Source of the DNA: Elusimicrobiota bacterium
Lineage (GTDB): Bacteria; Elusimicrobiota; Elusimicrobia; UBA1565; UBA9628
Reading direction: 5' to 3'
Assembly (NCBI GenBank): GCA_016207605.1
Contig: JACQPJ010000059.1
Coordinates: forward strand, 1,238-65,237
DNA: 64,000 nt
Shown: positions 54,613 through 62,908 of the stretch, piece after piece
Layout of the letters: each line of letters begins with the position of its first letter
How positions within the stretch are numbered: the stretch's first letter is position 1
The notes under the pieces: model-generated
Database searches by the model: none
Told to the model about the DNA's origin: nothing
The model's input: the letters and a program-made list of their open reading frames with translations, nothing else
Position numbers and translations under genes: made by a program

Positions 54613-54881
54613 AAATCAAGCTGAGACGTTTCGGGGACATTTTGACGTCGAGGCCCGCCGGCCGCGAGGCGGCGCTGGCCATGAAGGCCTACCAAAGACC
54701 GCCCGCCGATGAAAACGTCGAGCTGGATTTCGAGGGAGTCCTGTCGGTCGGCCCCTCCTGGCTCGATGAAGTCTTGAGCGAGCTGCGCGACGAATTTGGA
54801 CGGGACCGCGTCGTATGCCTGCCGACCAAGAACCCCTCCGTGATCGAGTCCTTGAAGGTGATTGATTCAGCGGACGAATAG
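54609..54881 (+). CDS. STAS-like domain protein (DUF4325-like)
   Basis: FGDILTSRPAGRE...VELDFEGVLSVGPSWLDE; ATGA-coupled; 90 aa. Confidence 0.82.
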   Translation: MKIKLRRFGDILTSRPAGREAALAMKAYQRPPADENVELDFEGVLSVGPSWLDEVLSELRDEFGRDRVVCLPTKNPSVIESLKVIDSADE

Positions 54882-54922
54882 CGCCAAGACCGCGCCCCGG
54901 CCCTCGCCTTCCTCTCCCGTCT

Positions 54923-54948
54923 GAAACAGCGGTTTTCGCCGCTGTTTC
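54923..54948 (+). terminator. hairpin downstream of the STAS gene
   Basis: GAAACAGCGG-TTTTCG-CCGCTGTTTC perfect 10-bp stem; no clear U-tract. Confidence 0.4.
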
Positions 54949-55013
54949 GGCCGTGTTACAAAGCCGCGAAGTCGTCTGGAATTTCGCCGTTTCCCCGTCT
55001 ATCCTTATACCGC

Positions 55014-58000
55014 GTGAACTCCATCTCCGCCCCGGCGTGCAAGCGCTCTCAAGGGATCGCCGTCCTGCTGTCGGCGCTCTTGACGCTGGGCCCTGCCGCG
55101 CCGGGACTCTGTGCCTCCGCGGACGATTACGCGCTGGCCCAGCTCACCGGCGACATCAGGAATCAAAACACGACCTTCTGCGGTCATTTTCGCGCGGGGA
55201 ACTGGCTCGAGGCCGACAAGGATTCCTTCCGTCTCCGCAAAGCAAGGGATGAGGGCAGGAAAAAGCCCGCGCGGATCGCGCAGACCATCGACTACATGTA
55301 TGGGCAGCTGAAGCTCGACGAAAAGCTGACCGCGTACGGCTACCTCACCCAGGCCATCACGCCGGACGCCCAATCCCAGGCGGCGGCCGCGAACGCGAAG
55401 ACACTGGAACGGTTCAACCGCGACCGCAAGACATACATCGACCGGGCCGTCCACGCCTTGGATGATCTGTTCGCGGCAGACGAGTGCCCCCGAACGGACG
55501 TGGGACCCATCGTGGACAATCTCCAGGGCTGGTACAAGAAGCGGATCGAGCAGCCCTTGGCCGCCGCCTTGCGGGCGAAACGCGACGTCGAGGAGAAAAA
55601 CCGCCGGGCGCATCGCTTCATTCGGCAGGAAGCGGCGAAGCTGGGGGTCCCCGCAAACGCGACGAGCGCTCCGCCCGCTCCAACGCAACCCTCCGCCCGC
55701 CGCGCTCCGGACTTGGGCGTCTACCGCACGGACATCGTGGACGGCGAGCTGCGCCAATGCCTCAAGATCACGAGACTCTGCGGCGAGACGACGGTCAGCC
55801 AGTTGAAGCGCATCGTCGAGGCCTACGATCAGACCTGGAGCGCCGAGGACCGCCGGCTCCATCCGGAAGTGCGGCCGTTCGTCGAACGCGCCAGACACTA
55901 CGTGCGGCTCCATCAAGCATTTTTGCGGCTGGTCGAAAGCCGCAGCGGCCGATTCCAGGAACTGGGCCCCATCCTGAGAGCCCTGGGTCCTTGGATGGGC
56001 CCGCAATTTCCCGACCCCGGCGAGCTGTACAAGGGATACGCCGCGCTCGCCAAATCCCTGGTCGGCTCCGCGGTCAACGAGACTCGCGCGCAAGCGGTGG
56101 GCGCGATCCTGGCGCACGGCGGCTTCCTCGTGAAGGTCCCCGGCGTGAAAGGCAGGCCGGGCGGCTGGGGAGTGGATCTGCGCGGACTCGCCGCCGTGCG
56201 GGGCCTGGAGCGCAAGGCCGCCGCCGAGCAGTACGCGGCGGCCGTCCTGCGGGCGCTCGGCAAGACGGGAGAGAGCCGGCGCCTCAAGCCCATCGCGGCC
56301 CTGCTCCTCGACAACCTGGGCCGCATGAACGCGGTCGCGGTCACGGCGGACGGCCAAATGAGCGTGATGCTGCGCGGCGCGCGCGGCTTTGCGCCCGCAA
56401 TGGCGGCCTTTGAGCAGGCGACCTCGCTCCCGGGCACGCCCGGCGGGCAGGCGCTGGTGGTGCGCTCTCTCGACGGCCGGCGCGTCCGAGAATACCTGTC
56501 GGACGGGACGCGGCTGGAATGGTGGGACGGCCGGACGCACCAAAGCGACGGCGTGCTCCCCTGGGAGGCGAGCCGGCGGTCGCGCGGCGTCAATATCACC
56601 CATCAAAGGCGCTTCGGCTCGGGAGCGGAAGAGAAGAGCTGGATCTCCGTCAACGGCCGCGGCAGCACGTTCGCGATCGAGACGCTGAAGACGGACATCC
56701 CGGGCAGCTCCCCGATGGACCGCTGGATGGGAACCTATTACCAGCCCTTGGTCGAGAAGCTCGGCCGCGTGCCGGCGCTGGGCGACGCGGTTCAGTTCCT
56801 CGGCTGGGTGGGGGACTTCGGCTACGCCGGCATCGTCGGCGGCTTCCAAAGTGCCATCGGCGGGGTCACGAACACCGGCTACAACCGTTTGGAGGGACTC
56901 TCCAGCGTTTTGAAGGCCTATCAAGCCTATCTCGGCGTCGATCTGGCCGCCGACTTCGAGAATTCCCTCCAGATCGACAGGGTCGGCAAAACGCTCCAAG
57001 CGCGGGTCGAGGGAACGCCGAAAATCATGGGCGTGATCGCGGCCCTCCAGGCCGAGGGCCCGGAAGCGCTCCAGGAATTGAAGCTCAAGATTTTCCAGAT
57101 GCGCGCCGTCAAACTTCAAGAGGCGGGCCTGACCCCGAACAGGCTGGGCGGCAAGCGCTTCGCCGCCCTGCAGTTCCGCCCCGTGACCAACGAGGAACTC
57201 GCCTACGGCCTGATCAGCTATTTCGGCGTGGGGACTTACGGAGCCCGCGTCAGCCAGGAGTACGGCGGCGTGGCGGGCGGCCTCATGAGCTTCCTCGAGG
57301 AGCAGGGGCGGGGACTGCCGACCCTTCTGGCCTTCTGGGGGCTGGGCAAGCTCGGCCGCCTGGCGGCCGTCCCGAAAACGGGAGCCGCCCTCCCTTTCGA
57401 AAAGGCGGTCCCCATCGTGACCACGTCCCGAGCGGGAACGGCCGCCGTGACCGCGACGCGCGTGGCCTCCAATGCGGCCCATTTCCCGTTCTCGCACTAT
57501 ATGACCCTGCAGTGGGCCTCCGGCATCCCCGCCAACATGACGGGGGTCATCTCGGCCCTGGGGAACGGAAACGGACACGAGTTCACGCAGCGCCTGGCGC
57601 AGCTGACCTTCGACGTCACGATGACCCGCGCCGGCCTCAAGGAGGCGCGGGAAAATCGGCGGCGGCTGATCGGCGACCTGACCACCCTGCGCGACGGCCT
57701 GCTCGGCTACCTGCGCGTCAATCCCGGCGAGCAGGTCTACGAGCGGGCCCTCTCCCAGATCAATGCCGCGTTGTCCCGCCTGGGCTCATACGAAGATGTC
57801 GTCGGCCGCAGTCGAGCGGGGAACCCCGTCCCTGAGGCACCACCGCCTCCGACCGCTCCCTCCGGGACGACGGCGCAAACACCACCTCCCGCGGACTCCG
57901 AGGCGGCTCCACCCGCGGCCGTCGTCGCGACGATGCCGTCGGCTGCGCCGCGCGCAGAACAGCCTGCGGCGGCCCGGCCTCCCTCGGAGCCGGCCCTCGC

Positions 58001-60749
58001 TCTCGAGCCGGCGAGCGCCCGGAATCCCGCCGCCGCGGATCGCAGGATCTCCGCGGCCGACAGGCGCGCCATCGAGCGCAGGAATGCCTTGCTGGCCGAT
58101 TTGAAATCCCTGAAGAGTCACCAAGACAAAATTCGGCGCCTGACGCGCTATCTTGATGAACTGCAGGCCGAAAATCCAGACGGCTTCAACGATGACACGA
58201 TCGTGCGCACCTACCTCCTGGCGTTCGGCACTCAGCTCAACCCCGGCGACTTGCTCTTGTTGAAACGCCAGATGCGGGAGGCCCGCGTGGAGATGGGCGC
58301 GGCCCCGGCGCCGGAGACCGCGCCGCGCGTCCCCGCGGCTCCGCCCAGCCCGACCGTCCGCGCCCAGGAGGATTTCCTGTCCCGACTCAGGGAGGCAAAG
58401 GCAAGGGGGGCAAGCCGCCAGGAACAAATCGATCTCCTCGCGGACCACTTCAGGCAGCTGCTCGCCCTGCGCAGCGGCGTCGGCGAACAAAGGGTCCGCG
58501 ACGGATTCATCACGTTCCTCGGGTTCGGCCATCCCCTCCGCGGCGAGGTGGAATACATCCTAGCCCAGCTCCACCAACCCGCTCCCCGGACAACGCGGAC
58601 GCCGGCCCGGCCGCTGGCGCGCATTCAGGATTCCCTCCAGGCAACGGGGGACTGGCGGACGGCGCGCAATGCGCTGAACCAACTGCTTGAGGCGCACCCG
58701 GAACTCCAAAACACCGCCCCGGCTCTCGACCTCTCTTTGGCGATCAGCGCCGCGCAGGCCAAGCCGCGTCGGATCGAGCTCTTCGGCCGCGGCCGGACGC
58801 AGGCTCCAGCCCCGACCCGTTCCGCCAAACCCGCGGAACCATCGGCAGCGACGTCGCACGAGGTGCCGTTTAGCTTGACTGGGGAAAAAGGCCAACGGCG
58901 TTTCGTGCTCAAGGACGGGCACCCAGCCGCAGCCCGCCCGGCGGACCCAGCTCCTTCTCGAAGGCCGGCACCGTCGCGGGTTCTTACGCTCGCCCGGGAG
59001 CCGAAACCTGCAGGAGATAACGGAACCGTGCGCACCCAGGCAACCGAAGCGCCCGCTCACCGGCTTGCAAGCGGACGGCCCGGCGCGGCCGAGAAGTCGC
59101 CGCGCAGGGGAAGCCTGGAAGCAATTCCCGACGACCATGCGGGCGACAAGAGGCCCGGGGCAGCGGCAGACGAACGCGATTTCCCGCTGCCTCTCGGAAA
59201 AAAAATCACGTTCACGATCGGCATGGGGCCGGGCGCCGCCACGGTCTCGATCACGCGCGTCAGCGATCCGGCAGGGACGAAGCTGGTGATCAAAAGCCCC
59301 GAGGGCACGCGCAAAGTCGCCGCCGGCGCGCTGCCGCGCTCCGGGATCGCGCTGCCCGGACTGACGCTGGTCGGATTCGACGCGGAGTCGGGCACGGTGC
59401 GGCTCAAGAACACGAGCGAGAAGCCGACGCGGGTCCGCGAGCCGGGGGAAGACTTGAGAGTGCCGTTCTCCATCGGCGGCCGCGACGTTCCGGGCGCCGC
59501 CGAGCCCCAGGCCCGTCCCCCTAAGCCGCCGCCGCCGGCCTCTTCGCCCGCCGATCCGCACCGGCTCGCCGACTTCGAGCGATTTTTAAAAAGCCGCGGC
59601 CTTGATCCAGAGAAGGATCCGTCCCCGGACGCGTTCGAGTCCTACTGGAAGCAGGAAGGATTCACGCCCGATCAGGCTCGGGCGCAGTTGGACGCTGGCT
59701 ATGTTGCCAAGTGGCCGAGCACTTTCCGTCTTTCCGGCCGCGCGAAATCCGAGGCCGAGAAGGTCCTGAACCGTTATGCGCGAACCTGGCTGGAGAGCCA
59801 GCCGGCCAAGCCTTTGGAGAACAACCGCATGGCCCCGATGGGCTTGACTCAGAAATACAATTTCCCCGCCGGTTCCGAGGTCCACTTTTTTGAGAAATCC
59901 CAGCGGGTCACGATCAAGGCCTTGGACGACGGCGGCGTGGAGGTCGTCTCGCGGGAGGGACGCGGACGCCATCATCCGGTCAACGGCGCAATCGAGATCA
60001 TCCTTAAAATTGGCGACGACAATAAGCTGACCACCGATGGTTATGGAGGAGTCGTGATGACAATCACTATCGCCAACGGCGAACTCTCGGCCAGAATGTC
60101 CGCGTCCAACCCGCGCGAAGTTCATGCTCTGGCCAACCCGGCGTTCCCTCTCGCCGAAGGTCCCGGACTCACGGGACGCACGTTTGCCACTTATCCCGGC
60201 CGCGATGAGACCCTGCTCGTCAATCCGGAAAGCCCTCCGCTCAAGCAGGCCTTCCAAGAATTCCTCGCTTTTGCGCAAAGGAGACTGCCCCGCCACCAAG
60301 ACGCCGGCAAAGGGCCCGCCTATGCTCAAGCGCAGCTCCTCAGCGACGTCGTCAAATGGATCCACGATAATGTTTCCTACGATCTCGAGCACACCGATTC
60401 CATAAAAGCCAAGCATCTCGACCCTGTTGACCTCGGCGAATTCTTCGCCGGGCCCAGGAAGGCCATCTGCCGCCAGATGGGGGCCCTGGCCGGTTACTTC
60501 GTCGAAGCGCTCCAGGTGCAAGGACTCATTCCCAAAGACGCCCAGGTCTACCTCATCGGCGGCTACAGCCACGCATGGGCCGTCGTGAAGCTGGGCTCCA
60601 AGACCTACGTCCTGGACCCCGCGCAAAGAACCCAGGCCGTGCAGCAGCGCGACCGTAGGCACTCGGGCAGTTTTGGCGGGCGCTATATGTACGAAATCAG
60701 CTTCGATGCCCGGCAACAAGACACCAACCACCACGATCCGAATCGATAA
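55014..60749 (+). CDS. 1911-aa secreted protein with C-terminal transglutaminase/papain-like domain
   Basis: Signal peptide; Pro/Ala linkers; C-terminal WIHDNVSYD...AICRQMG...SHAWAVV...VLDP (Cys-His-Asp). Confidence 0.8.
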   Translation: MNSISAPACKRSQGIAVLLSALLTLGPAAPGLCASADDYALAQLTGDIRNQNTTFCGHFRAGNWLEADKDSFRLRKARDEGRKKPARIAQTIDYMYGQLKLDEKLTAYGYLTQAITPDAQSQAAAANAKTLERFNRDRKTYIDRAVHALDDLFAADECPRTDVGPIVDNLQGWYKKRIEQPLAAALRAKRDVEEKNRRAHRFIRQEAAKLGVPANATSAPPAPTQPSARRAPDLGVYRTDIVDGELRQCLKITRLCGETTVSQLKRIVEAYDQTWSAEDRRLHPEVRPFVERARHYVRLHQAFLRLVESRSGRFQELGPILRALGPWMGPQFPDPGELYKGYAALAKSLVGSAVNETRAQAVGAILAHGGFLVKVPGVKGRPGGWGVDLRGLAAVRGLERKAAAEQYAAAVLRALGKTGESRRLKPIAALLLDNLGRMNAVAVTADGQMSVMLRGARGFAPAMAAFEQATSLPGTPGGQALVVRSLDGRRVREYLSDGTRLEWWDGRTHQSDGVLPWEASRRSRGVNITHQRRFGSGAEEKSWISVNGRGSTFAIETLKTDIPGSSPMDRWMGTYYQPLVEKLGRVPALGDAVQFLGWVGDFGYAGIVGGFQSAIGGVTNTGYNRLEGLSSVLKAYQAYLGVDLAADFENSLQIDRVGKTLQARVEGTPKIMGVIAALQAEGPEALQELKLKIFQMRAVKLQEAGLTPNRLGGKRFAALQFRPVTNEELAYGLISYFGVGTYGARVSQEYGGVAGGLMSFLEEQGRGLPTLLAFWGLGKLGRLAAVPKTGAALPFEKAVPIVTTSRAGTAAVTATRVASNAAHFPFSHYMTLQWASGIPANMTGVISALGNGNGHEFTQRLAQLTFDVTMTRAGLKEARENRRRLIGDLTTLRDGLLGYLRVNPGEQVYERALSQINAALSRLGSYEDVVGRSRAGNPVPEAPPPPTAPSGTTAQTPPPADSEAAPPAAVVATMPSAAPRAEQPAAARPPSEPALALEPASARNPAAADRRISAADRRAIERRNALLADLKSLKSHQDKIRRLTRYLDELQAENPDGFNDDTIVRTYLLAFGTQLNPGDLLLLKRQMREARVEMGAAPAPETAPRVPAAPPSPTVRAQEDFLSRLREAKARGASRQEQIDLLADHFRQLLALRSGVGEQRVRDGFITFLGFGHPLRGEVEYILAQLHQPAPRTTRTPARPLARIQDSLQATGDWRTARNALNQLLEAHPELQNTAPALDLSLAISAAQAKPRRIELFGRGRTQAPAPTRSAKPAEPSAATSHEVPFSLTGEKGQRRFVLKDGHPAAARPADPAPSRRPAPSRVLTLAREPKPAGDNGTVRTQATEAPAHRLASGRPGAAEKSPRRGSLEAIPDDHAGDKRPGAAADERDFPLPLGKKITFTIGMGPGAATVSITRVSDPAGTKLVIKSPEGTRKVAAGALPRSGIALPGLTLVGFDAESGTVRLKNTSEKPTRVREPGEDLRVPFSIGGRDVPGAAEPQARPPKPPPPASSPADPHRLADFERFLKSRGLDPEKDPSPDAFESYWKQEGFTPDQARAQLDAGYVAKWPSTFRLSGRAKSEAEKVLNRYARTWLESQPAKPLENNRMAPMGLTQKYNFPAGSEVHFFEKSQRVTIKALDDGGVEVVSREGRGRHHPVNGAIEIILKIGDDNKLTTDGYGGVVMTITIANGELSARMSASNPREVHALANPAFPLAEGPGLTGRTFATYPGRDETLLVNPESPPLKQAFQEFLAFAQRRLPRHQDAGKGPAYAQAQLLSDVVKWIHDNVSYDLEHTDSIKAKHLDPVDLGEFFAGPRKAICRQMGALAGYFVEALQVQGLIPKDAQVYLIGGYSHAWAVVKLGSKTYVLDPAQRTQAVQQRDRRHSGSFGGRYMYEISFDARQQDTNHHDPNR

Positions 60750-60765
60750 TATTGCGTGTAATAGA

Positions 60766-62196
60766 TCAGCCGATTGAAGCTGGGGCGAACTCCGCGGCCA
60801 GGGGGGACCGGCCCGACGAAAGGTGATCGGCAAGGCCATCGCGCAGGCTGCGCATGGGGTCGAGCGATCTTAAGTGCAGGGTCTGGAATACGGACATCAT
60901 GGCGGCCTGAACGCGAGCTCCGCGCCGGGAGCGATTGCAGTACGAGTTCTTGCGGATGATGACCGCCGGCCGAATCTGCCTCTCGGCGTGGTTGTTGTTG
61001 GAGGGGACGCCGGGCAGGTCAAGAAAGGTAAGAAGCTCCTGCCTGAAGCGGCGAAGCCTGCGCGGCAGCCTGCGGGCGTGTTTGGTTTGAAGATCGGCGG
61101 TATCGCCCAGGAGGACGAGGCGGTCATCGAGCAGGCTTCTCCGGCGATCGAACGAGTCGCTGGGAAGGGCGCTCCTATTGCGCCCAAGCCTGCGCGCGTC
61201 GCCGATCCAGCGACTGAGCCTTTTGCGGAAAGTCTTCCAAGCCAATGAGTCGTCCACCAGGTCCACCTTATCGAGTTCACGGTCGAGATGGACCAGGCAG
61301 CGCTGGCGAAACGCCGGACTCACGGCGTTGTAGGCGGCATAGAAATCCGTCACCAACGTCCCGTCGAATTTCCTGCCCAGCACTTTCCTGACCACGGGAG
61401 ACCCCCGGCTGCGCGCGATGGTGTAATAGGCCAGCCGATCCTGGGTAAAGCACCACAGCCAGTGCGTCTTGCCGCTCAGACGCCAACCCGTTTCATCGGC
61501 GTGCAGGACGGGACTATGCTTGGCTATTTTCCGAAGCTGCTTGTAGTCGATCTCCAGATGATCGGCCAGCCTTTGCCAGGCCTGGATGAGCCCTCCAGCG
61601 GTGACCTTGAAATGGCAGGCCACGTTGAGCATGGTGACGACCTTGTCGACGGTGACGCCCATGCCGTAATGGAGCCAACAGGAAAAAGCGACCAGGTTGT
61701 TTCCCAGAACGCAGCCCGGGAAGGCCTGGGTCACCTTTGGCTCCACGAGCTTGCGGCAGGCGCGGCACCAATAGCGAGGGATGACGTGCTGGGTGACGCG
61801 GGGTCGGGTGGGAGGGATGTCCTCGATATAGCGCGAGCGTGTTTCAACCGGGGCCGCTAAAGGGCCGCGGCAATGGGGGCAATCGGAGAGGGCATGCTCC
61901 TCAACGAGGTCTATCTTGTCGGGCGCCGGTCTGCAATGCCCCTGGTGACCCTCCTTGGCGCCCGGCCGCCGGCTTCGCTTGGAGGGCTCCGGCTTGGCGT
62001 AGACGGGCTGCATGCCGGAGGGCGTTTCGGGGTGATGCTTGGCCAGCGCCAATTGTCCCTTGAGCTTGTTGCTTTCGGCCTCCAGAGTCCGGATGCGCTG
62101 GGCTTGGCGGCGTATGGTCAAGGCTTGGGCCATGAGGACGATGACGGTCGGTCGTCGGCCGCAGCGGTAGAGGGCTACGGCTTCCTGTTTGGTCAT
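60766..62196 (-). CDS. tnpC: IS66-family transposase
   Basis: Coiled-coil, KPGAKEGH-like linker, CPHC/CRAC zinc ribbon, HADETGW, VTDFYAAY, CLVH, NNHAERQIR. Confidence 0.95.
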   Translation of the reverse strand: MTKQEAVALYRCGRRPTVIVLMAQALTIRRQAQRIRTLEAESNKLKGQLALAKHHPETPSGMQPVYAKPEPSKRSRRPGAKEGHQGHCRPAPDKIDLVEEHALSDCPHCRGPLAAPVETRSRYIEDIPPTRPRVTQHVIPRYWCRACRKLVEPKVTQAFPGCVLGNNLVAFSCWLHYGMGVTVDKVVTMLNVACHFKVTAGGLIQAWQRLADHLEIDYKQLRKIAKHSPVLHADETGWRLSGKTHWLWCFTQDRLAYYTIARSRGSPVVRKVLGRKFDGTLVTDFYAAYNAVSPAFRQRCLVHLDRELDKVDLVDDSLAWKTFRKRLSRWIGDARRLGRNRSALPSDSFDRRRSLLDDRLVLLGDTADLQTKHARRLPRRLRRFRQELLTFLDLPGVPSNNNHAERQIRPAVIIRKNSYCNRSRRGARVQAAMMSVFQTLHLRSLDPMRSLRDGLADHLSSGRSPLAAEFAPASIG

Positions 62197-62241
62197 TGCC
62201 TTTCGCGCGACCTATCAGTATAATACTGATAGTAGTACAAT

Positions 62242-62586
62242 ATGTCAATCGGGAAATCATCCGACGTCGGCCTGCGTTACGACCGCCTGCGCCGTTCCTT
62301 GGCGCGGATCGGCTTTGTCTGCAAGGGCAGCATGATCAAGCGCCATATGCCCTGTGGCCGCTCGGGATGCAGATGCGTGGCGGGCCCCAGCCATTGGCAT
62401 GGCCCCTACTTCCAGTGGACTTGGAAGGTTAAGGGCAAGACCGTTTCGGTCCGGCTTACGGCGCAGCAGGCCAAGCTGATGAGCGGCTATGTTCTCAACG
62501 ATCGCCGGCTTCGCCGCGTCGTGGACGAAATGCGGGACCTTTCACTCAAGGTCGTTCAGGAAAAGCTCAAGGCTACCGTTTTGTAG
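62242..62586 (+). CDS. small Cys/His-rich IS-associated protein (DUF6788-like)
   Basis: GSMIKRHMPCGRSGCRC...HGPYFQWT...GKTVSV; inside the IS ends, divergent from tnpC. Confidence 0.75.
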   Translation: MSIGKSSDVGLRYDRLRRSLARIGFVCKGSMIKRHMPCGRSGCRCVAGPSHWHGPYFQWTWKVKGKTVSVRLTAQQAKLMSGYVLNDRRLRRVVDEMRDLSLKVVQEKLKATVL

Positions 62587-62743
62587 CTCAAGGCAGACCC
62601 CCTCGCCCCTGGCCGCGGAGTTCGCCCCAGCTTCAATCCGCTGATCTATTACCATTGCGTTCTACGGATGGGTCCTTCGACCTAGACGGGCCTAGGACTT
62701 TAGGCCCTGGCCTATGCGGCCCCCTGGCGGTACACTCTTGGGG

Positions 62744-62908
62744 ATGCGCATGACGACGCCGCGGATCACCGGGCTGCTTGGCCTGCTCCTCCTGCCGGGA
62801 GCGGGTTTGGCCCAGCCCGTCCCGAAGCTGCACCGGGCCCAGCAAGAATTCTCGTCGAGAACCGCCCCCCAGCGGGTGTACAATATGTGGAGAGGTATAA
62901 GCCCATGA
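62744..62908 (+). CDS. short signal-peptide-bearing ORF
   Basis: TACACT box 7 nt before ATG 62744; MRMTTPRITGLLGLLLLPGAGLA|QPVP...; ATGA overlap with the next gene. Confidence 0.4.
   Translation: MRMTTPRITGLLGLLLLPGAGLAQPVPKLHRAQQEFSSRTAPQRVYNMWRGISP

Larger units (their letters stand above)
60758..62652. mobile_element. complete IS66-family insertion sequence (1895 bp)
   Basis: 47-bp terminal inverted repeats starting GTAA (60758-60804 / 62606-62652, one mismatch); flanks TATTGCGT / CATTGCGT (8-bp duplication with one mismatch). Confidence 0.93.

Noticed and set aside
55005-57578. Long antisense ORFs here and throughout (e.g. 7131-9287, 26598-28346, 50528-52219)
   Set aside because: Expected shadow ORFs in about 70% GC DNA; they mirror well-supported genes and carry no motifs
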